From Hypanus sabinus (Eukaryota): a DNA stretch of 64,000 nt. Every line of letters starts with the position of its first letter. Positions within the stretch are counted from its first letter, which is position 1. The notes beneath the pieces are model-generated. The model was given only the letters and a program-made list of their open reading frames with translations. It searched no databases and was not told the origin of the DNA. Position numbers and translations under genes: made by a program. Shown here one piece after another: positions 1 through 12,489 of this stretch. Location: contig NC_082731.1 in the NCBI RefSeq assembly GCF_030144855.1, forward strand, positions 25,048,001-25,112,000. Direction: 5' to 3'.

Positions 1-1075
1 TAATAAATGTTCTATAATTTCTTTGTTCGGATCCTCAATTCCTTTATTTTTAAGTAAACTAATGCTTGTTCCGTAGTTACTTTGAGGATTTGGGTACAAT
101 TTAGGCAATATTTACTTTATTGAGATTTTCTCTCTCCTGTCACTTTTTTTCTAAATATTTTAAAATTTCTATGACTGAGTTACTTTGTAAACATTGAGAT
201 AGACAGAATATTTAATGCTTCCAGGATTTATTTGTTAGAGGAAATCTCTTTTCGTTTGAGCAGATGTCAAATAGATACAACTTACAAAAAAACCTTTTTC
301 GATGTTTACAAATTAGAGACTTTCTGCGATTTACATACATTTCCTAAAAGTCCCGATAAGAATTAATTGGATGAGATTTCTAATTTGAAACCTCTTCATA
401 ATGTATTTATATCTCATACTTATGCTGCGTCGTTGGGAATGATAAAGGTTCCTTCATAAAAAATTAAAAATCACTGGGAATAACTCTTACAGACGTGAAT
501 TTCTGAGGAATCCTGGAATGAAATGTGTATGTTGATAATAACACATCGTGACCTGGCCGTCATTCCTTCCGACAATTTAAACTGGTCCATAGTTCCTACA
601 TGTCTAAAGATAATTCGTCTCGCTTTTATTCGGGTATACGTCCTGAGTGTGACAGAATCTCTGGAGACGCTTCACTAATTCATATGATTTGAACATATCC
701 GAGTCTGGAAAACTATTAGAGTGAAGTATTTCAAACTTCTGTTCTGTTGTTTTTAAAATAAATGTTACTACTAACACTTTGACTGCCTTATTCGGTATTG
801 CTGGAAACAAAGATGTTGTTTTGGCGTTACCTGATTGTACATTTCGGTTTTATTTCTCTTATTGCTCAGAGGGCATTGCTGTTTAGGTGGATTAATGTTC
901 CACCCCTTAATCATACTGAAAGTTTAAATGATATTATGTATATTTAAATTTAGAGAAGCTGCGTTGTTCAATTCCCGTATCAAGAGAAGACTTTCGAACC
1001 GTGATGGAAACATTTTTGAATTATTTACAAAATCTTTAACTGGTTATTAAAAACGGATTTTGGATATGTTTTACT
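1..1075 (+). mobile_element. Decayed L1/Tx1-type LINE, 3' part of ORF2
   Basis: AT-rich degenerate coding sequence with remnants of the C-terminal Cys/His region (DASLIHMI*TYPSLENY near 665-720). Many stops. Confidence 0.55.
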
Positions 1076-1084
1076 ATGTAGTAA

Positions 1085-2290
1085 GGAACATAGGACCATA
1101 GAGCATTACAGCATAAAACAGGCCTTATCGCCTTTCTTGGCTGTGCCGAACCACTTTACTGCTAGTCCCGCTGACCAGCACCTGGACGATATCGTTCCAT
1201 AGACTACTCATCCATGTAGAAGTCTTAAGATTTTTTTTTTGTTTATGTTAAAACTGATCCCGAATTTACTACTTCATTTGGCCGTTCATTCCACACTTCC
1301 AGCAGCCTCTGTGTGAAGAACCCCGCCCCCCAGCCCACCTCATGTTCACTTTAAACATTTTCCCCTTCACTCTTAAACAATGCACACTTTATTTTTCTTC
1401 ACTAGCCTCGGTGGGAAAAAAAAACGGCTTGCATTCACACTATCGATACCCGTCATGCCTTTATATACCTCTATCAAATCTCCCCTCATTTCTCTGTGCT
1501 ACACGGACGACATTCCTAACCTATTCAAACTCTCGCTGTAACTCAGTTTCTCAAGTCCCGACAGCATCCTTGTAAACATTCTCTGCAGTCTTTCAACCTT
1601 ATTAATAGCCATCTTGTAATTCGGTGACCAAAACTGCACACAATACTCCATGTTTGGTCTCACCAATGCCTTAAACAGCCACACCATAACATTCTAATAC
1701 ATATACTTAATACATTTATTTATAAAGGCCAATGCGCCAAAAACTCTCTTTAACACCCTATCAAACTGTGACGCCAATTTTATTGAATTTTGTATATGTA
1801 TTCCCAGATCCCCACCCCTCTGTTCTACTGCATTCCTCTGTGCACTACAATTTACCTTGTATGTTCCACCTTGGTTTGTCGTTCCAAAGTGCAATACTTC
1901 ACACTTGTCTGTATTAAACGCCATTTGCCATTTTTCACCCCATTATTCCAGCAGGTGCAAATTCCTCGGTTGTCATTGAAAACTTTCGTCACTCTCCTGT
2001 ACAAATCCAATCTTTTTCATTACTATTATCAGCAAATTTGCTGTTCCAATTTACTTCATTACCATCCAGATCATTGATGTAAATGACAATCACACTGGGC
2101 CCAGCAATAATTCCTATTGCACTCCACTAGTCACAGGCCTCCACTCAGATAAGCCATCCTAAACTTCCATTCTCTGATTTCTCCCATTGAGACAATGTCT
2201 AAACCAAGTTACTCCCTCACCATGTAAAAATAGAGACGGAATCTTCCCAACTAAACTCCCATGCTGGACCTTGTCAAAGGCCTTGTTTTC
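1085..2290 (-). mobile_element. 5'-truncated CR1-like LINE (RT C-terminus and 3' UTR)
   Basis: Minus-strand remnants LVRPNMEYCVQFWSP, FNTDKCEVLHFG and a PVTSGV..LGP motif. Short-repeat tail (reverse of CATAG repeats) near 1085-1105. Confidence 0.8.
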
Positions 2291-3585
2291 TTTACCAAAA
2301 ATTAAAAAATTGGTGTGTCGGCTCAGATTTTTTGTATCATAATAATATTATTTTACAATATTACGATTAAATTTAATTTGCATGAATATGGGGTGTTGAG
2401 ACTATAAGTGTGATTCTAATATATTGTATTCGGTACTTTGTGTTATTTTTATTAAGTAAAAATTCAATAAAGTCATTGAAAGAGACAGTTGTCATGCCAA
2501 ATGTGCGGTGGAGCTTAGAGCACAGTAAGGCTGATGTTCGGAAAAGAATACTGCACGTAACAATATAAACAATTCTAAATATGTGAAACTAACGTGGACA
2601 GCTTCGTTGTGAAAAATACAAATTAATGTTTAATTTCCATCCCTCTCGCTGTTAATCTGAAGTGTAGAGCTCAGCATGAGACAAACAGCAACACACACTA
2701 AAGCCACATATTTTCTATATCCATCGTTTGATCCGATTATGTCACTGTATATGTTAATTAACGATGTGTTTCCTACCTTAATTACGGGTGCAGCCAAGGA
2801 AATTCATTTTTTTCATTAACTTGTAACTTGCTGAATATTCTCGCGCTTTAGTACTGTGTGTATTTGGAGATTTAAAGAAATATTGCTGTATTAGCATAAC
2901 TGTTTAACGCTAATGCCTTCTGATTTCTGTGTGTTACGTGCGTTGGAAGGGGATTATCTATGAAGTAAGTTGCTTGCTTATCCTGTAATACGAAATTTGC
3001 AAGGTTATCATGGATTATCATATCTGTAAGGGAGATATACATATCTATTAAAACGATATTTTCCTCCTGATAACATGCAGGTCACACTGCAGCAATGGAT
3101 ATCATATTCTTAGCCCTCCGCGCAGCGTCTTGTGAAGCCATAGTCGCAGGTGATCAATGGTCATATGAGCAGCTGCTACTTGTCACAAGACTTGGTTATG
3201 CGACCATAGACAATAGGTAGACAATATCTGAAGAATATTGATTATAGCGGGGGTCACCCGTATTCTCATGGCGCTTCCTAGAAAGAGACAAAGGTGAACA
3301 ATTTCTGCAGAACATTTGCCAAGAACAATCATGATCATGAGACATTATCCCCTAAGTCATACGACACAACACATAATACTGATTATAAACGTAACAAAAT
3401 AATTTACAAAATTCGAACTTAAAAACTGGATCAGGCTTCTACCTAGCGTGAGGTTGTTGCAATGAGGGAATTAGGCGAATACAAGTCCGGGCTCGGGTAC
3501 TGAGATTAAGGAAAGTTGCTTACGCTGACCTGAAAGTTCGACAGTAAGCAGCATAGATATTTTCACAGAGCCTTCATTATGAGCC

Positions 3586-3663
3586 ATGACACAGAGACAT
3601 GACACTGAGCCCTGAAACGAAGTCCTGACACAGAGTCCTGACACTCAAACTTGATACGGAGAT
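3586..3663 (+). repeat. Six diverged 13-bp tandem units (consensus like CTGACACAGAGTC)
   Basis: ATGACACAGAGAC, ATGACACTGAGCC, CTGAAACGAAGTC, CTGACACAGAGTC, CTGACACTCAAAC, TTGATACGGAGAT. Confidence 0.7.
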
Positions 3664-4460
3664 GTGGGTGTTCATAGGTAACTCCAGAAACTGGAGCAAA
3701 ACTTAGAACACTATGCCTTAAGCGGCCGGGAAGCGTTAATTACCACGCAGGGAAAACCAATGATCTGGCGACTCGTGGCTTTTAACTCAGGGGTTCATCT
3801 GCTGGATGTCTTGATGAAAATCAGTTGTGCCATTATCGGAGAGAATAGAAGCAATAGGGAAATAAGTGGTCGATATCGTGTTACAATCAAACGATGAGAG
3901 ATGCTTCCCATTTGACTGCCCCGTGTAAGCAATGAGATCGAGAACAAAGCTAATGCCAGTGTCGTGGATGCTTTCTGTTTTCTATTGACATTGTTTTTGT
4001 TTTTATTATCTTAAATTGGATTGTCTTGTATTGTGTACGTTAATATATATTGAGTTAATAAATTGTTCAAGAGGTGGTTTCGATGCTTTCCTCTCGATAA
4101 CTAGGCTGCTGAGTACGACATTCGTTATCCAATTAGTTAACATTTTCTTGTGTAGTTATCTCCTTGTTCAACTATGGCTGGGTTCCTGTACACGGTTTAA
4201 ACTCCAAAAGCAAGTTTTCAGTCGACAGCACGGTTGTTGCCCTGATCAGAGTGCATGATGATACAGCTTACAGGGACGCAGTTCAGCAACTGGCCGCGTG
4301 GTGGGCCGATAACAACCTGGCCTCAGAGATTATTGCACGCTGAGGGTTCCTGGACATTAAAGATATCTATGTGATAAAAATGTTTTTAAAAATTGAAATA
4401 GGACGCACTCATACATTTTTATATCGACAGTGCGACAGTGAGAGGGATAGTGTGTGCGCT

Positions 4461-4618
4461 NNNNNNNNNNNNNNNNNNNNNNNNNNNNNNNNNNNNNNNN
4501 NNNNNNNNNNNNNNNNNNNNNNNNNNNNNNNNNNNNNNNNNNNNNNNNNNNNNNNNNNNNNNNNNNNNNNNNNNNNNNNNNNNNNNNNNNNNNNNNNNNN
4601 NNNNNNNNNNNNNNNNNN
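4461..4618. other. Assembly gap
   Basis: 158 consecutive N. Confidence 1.
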
Positions 4619-7600
4619 GTATTCCGCCGGCCCATTCTTTAGGTGATTTTACATGTATAAAGTCCAAAGTATATGAACGTATATGCTTTTGCGCCTGCAA
4701 ACATGAACAATATTTCATAAGCTGTGCAAACAAAGTATCATGCCACTAAGCACTCATCAACATTTTCCTTCTACCACCCTGCGGAGGAATCCAGCATTAT
4801 TTTTTCTGTGGTCCATGAAGAGAATTTCGACAATGCATCATCGATCCTGAGAGACATTGACAGACTGCTGTCCAATTTGTACTGAACAATTGTATCAATA
4901 CGCACATTCCAGCCCTCTAACCATTAATGAAAGCCTAATGAGATATCAGTGCGCATTAATTGACCCCGATATCTCCAACGGAAAGGCAAATACAGATGAG
5001 AAAACTACTCTTTTTTTAAATATCTATCGTACTAAACCATCAGTATGATTCTGGTGCATTTCTTGTGATCAAAATCCTTCGTTGTTCTTAAAAATAATGA
5101 CATTCCTTTGTCTACTCACGGTATATAACGTATGGAACATATTTTATATTAATAAATATGAAATAAACAAATAAGTGCTCGCATTCCGTCATACGTCTGG
5201 GATATATTTGGTAATTAGTGAACTGTTTGAAACAAAGCTGACTGAAATTCCATATGGAGACAGATTTTGCCTTTGGATTTTGAGATACATTGAATTCCAA
5301 CTGCAGTTTTGGCAGCACAACTAAAATAAAGAGGTGTTGGCACAATGGTATTATTGTTGGGTAATACTCGAGAAAGTCTAACTATTCATATAATGAGTTA
5401 ACTGGTTCCATCTCCAATTCTCAAAGACATGAACAGTTCAGTAATTATATGGAAAGACATTATATGACAATTCGGAAACAGTTAATGTAAGTGGAGTGCA
5501 ATTGACAGAGAGAAAAAAAATAACTGAAGTGGCAAAAAGTCACTCACAATCCATAATTAAGTAAATAATGAATTCAATTTAACGATAACATCATTGGTAA
5601 TTACAAAATAAATGCTTAAATATTTCTGCCACAGAGCAATCGCTCTGATTCCACAGTTGTATTTGAAACTGCTGTATTGATGAATTTCTCTTTATATTCG
5701 TAGAATAATGTCACTGTCCTCCATCTGACTGGATAGGATATTTCGAGAATGACGAAATAATTTCCAAATGGAAAGACATAATGCGGTATAAATACATTTT
5801 TCCCTATCCAATCGTCATCACTAGATGTAATGCAGCATGTGTGCAATGTGAATATTCTTCTTCATACGTGCTATCAGCAATAGTAGAAATATGCTCTTTC
5901 ATGCACTGCAACACCCTGAACGCAATATTGATCAGGTAATTTTAATCCCCACGTCCTCCTGCTGAGCAACACTCCCGGCAGATAACTTTTTTTGTTTTAG
6001 ATTTACCTGGTAATTTGGCATATCACGGCCTACATTCAGCCAATCACGTTCACGGAGATTACTTACCCGGTTACAAATGATTCGGTGTCCGAGGGCAGTC
6101 TATAGTGGACACTTGACGCTTTTGTTAAGTAGAAAGTTAAGTGCCTGTGTTTTTTTTTTGCTGAACAACAGTCTTTTGCAGTGCCTCAGCTTCCTGGTAC
6201 ATCTATGTAAGTTAACAGCCAAATTCAGATTAAAGCTGAATGATGCACCAATATACAATAAGAACTTGGGCTGGCACTATGTCAGACCTGCTGTACGGCA
6301 GATTTTTTATATTATTGCGTTCTGTTTTCCAAAAATAACTTTCCCTCTCTCAGTAGCTGGCTGTAAACAGCTTCTTTCTCGTTCCCTAGAAAGCTATAAG
6401 TGTTTCCTTTACATTATATTCGGGCCCAAAATTAAAAGATCGGACGCCATCCACAGAGAGTGAAGGAGAGGTACAGACCACGAGTGAATGAGAAGGAAAT
6501 TAAATGGATAATTCAGTTAAACACGAATCCTTCCATAATGCATTCTCGTGCATTTGAATGTTTTGTGTTGATGGAGCTAACAATCGCTTAGTTTATGAGG
6601 GAGGCGTTGATACAATATATTTAAGTATGTTTTGCCATTGCTTAACAATTTATAGCATGGCAATGTCTAAGATAGGTCTTAACACCACAGCGCCTGTTCC
6701 TGGTATGCCGAAGGGATAGGTCAATCGACACCAAAACTGCTCTACCAATCAATTCAAACCATTCAAATACATTTGGAGTATTCTGTAATTTTAGTTCCAC
6801 TCTGTTAATTTCACATACTGTATCAGTGGTTGTTTCTGTCTTTCGTAAGTATGTAGTAAATGACTGCCTTATAAATAATCATAAATTATTTCACATTTAT
6901 TTTTTTTTCTTTAATTCCCTTTCATTCCACATTTTTATTTTTCCTGTTCCGGCGTCCCGTATATCACAACCCTTTACACGCAGAGGCTGACAATGTAACA
7001 GAAAAGAAACATCTGTGTATTTTGTGCTTAAAATAATTGTTTCCGTCCAATCCTCCGTGTGAGAGACAGAGTGAATGCCATTTCTAACCACTACCTCCAA
7101 AATCTGCGCGGGTGCTCATGTCTTGCACCGCCAAAATGTTTCGTATTTGATCAAGATGTATCATTGACTGAGCTGTATAGGGAGTGAAGAAAAAGTAGAG
7201 ATATTAAACGGGATTCCTACGATCAACTACGTTTACATTGAAGGATGGACAATTCCATCCTGCTACATGATCCGTGCTTCTGTGGAGTCTGTCCATTTAA
7301 CTTCTACTCATTTATAATACATGAAATTGCATTAAATTCTATAATTTCATCATGCTATGTGGGATATCATGTGGGGGAATGTGATAAGGACAGAATGCAT
7401 GATGTTAGTTTATATTTAAAAAAAAAACACGTTCATTTTACTTCTCGTTAGGTCATTTCCGTTTCTTGAGGAAGACTCCATTGGCATCATAAGCAGACGG
7501 TATGTTATGATTTTGCAACAATTGAAGATGATGCAAGTTGTAACACACAAGATGTCGAAGGAACTCAGCATGACAGGCTGGGAAATGAACAAACATTCGA

Positions 7601-9559
7601 TCCTTCAGAAAGTATATAAAGTGTGTCAGTCGATCTCTCAGAATGACGTTCGCCTTCAGTAATTTAGAACCGATAATGTTTTGAATTCTGTAACATTTTT
7701 TCGAACATTTACTTCTTCATTTACTTCGGTGTAATACTGGAAAATATATGCTGAATACTTTTTCACAGAAATCAGCTGCCAATCAATTCCATTAAATTCA
7801 TCTCCCAGCTTTCTGAGTACTTGCGAGTTATACGCTATGCTGTAACCTTTACTGTGTAGATGTGCAGACGAAAACATTGGTTGAGCCATTGCATTGACTT
7901 AATCAAAGGAATACTGCGCTTTGCAGACAGCGAAAAAAAAAATATCCACAGCTGAAGTCCCAACTTTCCCAAAGTTATATATCATTGCCCTAATAAACTT
8001 TAGAATTGTTTATAATTAGGTTCGATATTAAGTCTCATCTTTGTAATGTCACACCCGATGCTGAACCAATCAGTAACATAAACCCTTCAGCTCTACTCCC
8101 GAATTTTTGTTGGTCGCGAATGTACGAAAATGCATTTTCCAAAACCCACAGACTGTCTACCGTGGTGCTGTTGCTCGATCCTGACAAAATGATCTGCAAA
8201 TTCAAACATTTTTCAGCAGTCAATGACAAATATACTGAACTCTCTGCAAAGTTGATCCAATGTATTCAGCAAAAGTGCCTCGGTCCGAAACGACGACTGC
8301 TCACTCTTTTTCGACATATACTGCCTGATGTGCCGCATTCCGACAGCGTTTATTGTATGCGGGTTTGATCTCCAGCATCTGCAGCTTTTTTCCCAATGTT
8401 TTTATCAACATTTGCACTTTAAGTTGTACACGAGGACAAATGTCCTTTACAGTCACAGATACAAGTGTTTTATTTTCCAAAGCAGATTTTCTGCAAAATG
8501 GCTCACGCAGTATTGCTTCCTTGTATTTATTTTCCTCTAACGTTGGTGCCCTGTTTCTATTTTTAGAGCCCTCTGTTCGCGCTCCTGAATGCAGGATTAC
8601 TTCATAGATTTTTGATCTACTGATTCATTGTGTCTTAAGAGGTTTTCTTCATGATTCTCGGAGAAAAGCTATAAGACCCAATGTAGGTTTGTAACTCCAG
8701 TTAGTGACCTACGGCAATTTCTCCAGTGATAGAGATTGAATAGTCTGGTATAACTTACTGCGATACGCATTCTATTTTTGTGTACAACTTGATATAAGAG
8801 TTACTTTGGAATCACTTGGATTTCACTTTTTCATTATTTTCCTCGCAAATAACAGGTTAGATTCAGCGTTTTACTTCACATAATACACATAATATAGACA
8901 ATCGAGTTATTGGGGAAAAAGTCAACATTAACGTGAAGTATTTGCAGATTTATTCAACCGCACCAAACAGGCCTCTGCTTGATCCAACTTGTCCCATCAA
9001 CATTGTTGGAGACAGAGTCTATCTCCGCAGTTTTACCGGTGTCTGGGGGAGCAGTCCTATATCATTAAAGAATAGAGGATGTGATATAAAGCAATGACTG
9101 CGTGATAATATAGGATGTCAAGAACACAGGTTATTCATAGGTTACTAGCCAACGCTGAAATGAATTAAAAAAAAATAGATAAACGACAGGGAAATCAGGG
9201 AAAAAAAACTATTGAGATATAAGGCATGATGCAGGAAATGGAACAGAGGTGTGCTCTGGACGTGGACACTCCAAACTTCATAACTGCATGGTGCGCTAAA
9301 TAATGTGAGAAGGAAATAGTGCTTAAAATTCTGCTGGTCTTACCATATTATATTGTAATGAGTGCCTTTCTAATGCAATACAAACATTCACTTAGCTAGA
9401 TTTGATACAAATCACGGCAAGATCAAGTCGACTGCAAGTAGCAATGAAGGTTAAAGTTATTAAACGAGAGCGAAGCTTGAGGACCACATTCAACGCAGAA
9501 CAACGAATGCAATTATAAAGTGACGGTTTGGTGTGAAATAAACTTATAGATGCCTTGTG

Positions 9560-10620
9560 AATAGAAGCATAGAGAAAAGATGGACTATGGCGTCAATATA
9601 TAGTGCATTGTAGATCGTAAAGAGATGTATGCAATGTACAGCACATGCTTTACATATCCTGTCTTCTGGGGAACTTTTCGAGAGAAAGGTAGCGCAGTCT
9701 ATGCCATTGTTCTGGTTGGCTCTTCCACCTGATCGTTCCTTTCTCCCTGATGATGCCGTAACCTCAGTCATTAGATCTTCACTTGCTGCTTGTTTACTCA
9801 ATTACTGGACACCGGGCTTTCATCAGAGACTGTGTAATAAGCACGATGGCGTCACTATCACAGACTGCCAGTTTGTCGGTCTATGCCCATGCGATAACTT
9901 CTTTTCTCGACTGCTTAGAACCGTTTTTTTCTATGTTCAGATCCAGTTTCAAGATATTCTATTAAAACCCCGTCTCCGTGTCGAGCCTCCATATCAATGC
10001 TCCGTTTCAAGTTTCCTCCGGTTTGCTGTTCAATGTTCACATCTCTGTCCGCAATCTTTGTGCCTGTGTCCTGCACTTGGGCTCTCAACATTCGCTCCGT
10101 GCGACCGTCTGATATGACCAAAATGAATATTGCATTTTCCTTAATGCTATTGGTATTGCTTTGCATTGGAAATTCAAGAATAATAAAACATTTTTTTTCA
10201 AAGACGAGTAGCAAAGCTAATATAACTCCTCCTCGTTTAAAGAATGACACCTCTGATAGCAACATTTCTGGTTTATCTGCCACGGTTGACACTCTAGTTG
10301 TCATTCTGTAGACGTGCAGTCCTTTCATGAGCTGGCTCTTCATCTCTTCTGCTGTTTGCACTTTGTCACTGATCTTAGGTACGTGCATTTCACAGTTCCT
10401 TTGTCTCTTCCCTTCTGCTCCTTCTGTGCCTGTTGTTGTCATTCTGGAGACATACATGCCTCTCCTTCTCTTTCTCTCCTTTTCTCAACTTTTTTTGTCC
10501 TAACTCTTTGAGTCTGCAGTTGTGCGCCCTGGCCTCATCCGATTCCTGTTGTCTCCCTCTCCTTGACGCTTTCTGACGAACTTTGGTGTCCCCCTTCTCT
10601 TTCCACGCGGCATGATTAGG
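9560..10620 (-). mobile_element. Decayed L1-type ORF1 remnant
   Basis: Minus frames give charged coiled-coil-like sequence and IDMEAR, resembling the DLExRSRR motif of L1-family ORF1. Heavily frameshifted. Confidence 0.35.
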
Positions 10621-11749
10621 CTAGCTATATTCTTTTTACGCTAATGCTTGATAGAAGATACGAACGAGTAATACAAAAGGAAGCTGATTATTCTAGGTGA
10701 CGTGGTCAGCGCTCTCTTAAACGGAAGTGATATAGTCACCGCTGTCCTTTGACTACAGCAAAGGGTTCTACGGGTGTCCCGAAGTACGTCATTTCGGTTT
10801 ACGGAATGTAATGTCATGACTACTTATAGAGAAGATACGATGTTCTGTTTTTGTATCTAGTCAAGACATTTATACATTGTAGGGACCATTTCTGATTAAA
10901 TTTAAATACATTTGATTTGTTGTGAAAGTGCATATGCTGGCTAATATTATATTTTATTATACGATACGGGTTTTTCCCTCTTTTTCGTGCTTTTCCTAAT
11001 CGCTCTGAATTTGGTAGCGGAATTAAAGTTTCTCTGTATACCATTTTTAAAATATTTCAATATTACGATTAAGTTTAATTTTTATGAATACATGGTTTTG
11101 TTTCTGTAACTGTATTTTTAAAACAATGTGCTTGGCACTACATTTGACATAATATGTATCTTCTTGTACTTTGTATGATCTGTAATCGATGGGTGGCAGT
11201 TTGATCTGTCCCAGCACTGCACATGCTAATCGTGATATGTCACTGCTCGAAATAGAGCTGCCCTGACATTTTGCTCCGTTTGGTGTCGCTTCTGAGGCTG
11301 CCCGGGCGCATGCGTCTTGCTGTCGTGTCCCGATTTCCATGATGGCGGATCGGGAGAAAGGTAGCCTGTTGATTTTTGCGAATGAAAAATTTTATACGAA
11401 TAAATAACCCTGAATTTGCCTGCATTCTGTAAGATAGCGCATTGTAAGTCTATTTACCCAAAAAACTGATAATGTAATGCACCGTTTGCGCTACTTGGAG
11501 GTCACAAACAGACAAATAGACCGGCAGAGCATGAGGGCTTTTGTACTATTTCGATAAAATAGATCATAGAAAATATTTATGTAAATGAAAATTAAGTGGA
11601 CTATTCTTAAACTCTTATGTTGGTTAGAAAGGAATGCTTCAAAATTTAAGGCCCTATGCTTAAATGAAAAATCCGGAACAACATTAACATTGGTGACTGG
11701 GACAGTACATATGAAGCGATTGGGAAGCAGAGGGAATACAGACGTCTAC

Positions 11750-12250
11750 AGCCAGCAGGGATTTAATGAATTAGATCATTTTTTCCAGAACGAAAAATGG
11801 CCCTATCCCTCAACTCACCCATGTCCATGTATACCTATTCCATCTGCCTGCACTTCAGCACTAACTCTGTAAAAACCTTCCAGCTCCTCTTGCAATCACA
11901 GTGCACCTTCCACTGCAAAAAGAACTTCATGTACCATTTCTAATTACAGCCCAGGTCACATGTATTCTCATCTAACCGTCCAGGCTTACACGTTGAAAGA
12001 ACAGGTAAACTTCATGGAAGCATAATCCAGCAAGCAAACTCTTCTCAAACTTCAAGCTTGGTGCATGTATTGACTACAAACGACGTTTCGAAGACAGAAA
12101 ACTCATCCACCATCATCAGGAACGAAGACTGGGTAAGTCTATCCAGTGACATTCATACTGCCAAAATCCATCTCTTTTGTTTGGTTAGTACTCATGCAAT
12201 CAGTTTTCCGCTCTCCCACCTTGATTACAATTCAATTCAGTTTCTTAAAT
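11750..12250 (-). mobile_element. CR1-like LINE fragment
   Basis: Nucleotide resemblance to the endonuclease-to-RT linker and 3' segments of the better-preserved CR1 copies in this window. Confidence 0.45.
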
Positions 12251-12489
12251 AAGTGTAACCTTCGCCTTCGTTAAAGTTATTTTCCTTTATTTTTATTGTG
12301 ATGTCCTCTTTGACCAGGTTGTCTGAAAATCATTGGCGCGGTATCGTAGTTTTCTATCGTCGAAGTCAATCCTATGGCTGCAGTGAATGCAGCGCTTTGA
12401 TGCCGACCGTTTCTCCGGGTCGAACATATGGATACACTTCATGTGCTGGTGATGCGGGTTTCCACAGAGTCCTTTATTAAACATCTGGT

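Noticed and set aside
4357-4749. ORFs spanning the N run
   Set aside because: Artefacts of translating through the assembly gap.
6055-6110. Minus-strand GTAAGT donor preceded by a J-sized stretch (similar case near 41310)
   Set aside because: No J motif or RSS, and the phase-1 frames contain stops.
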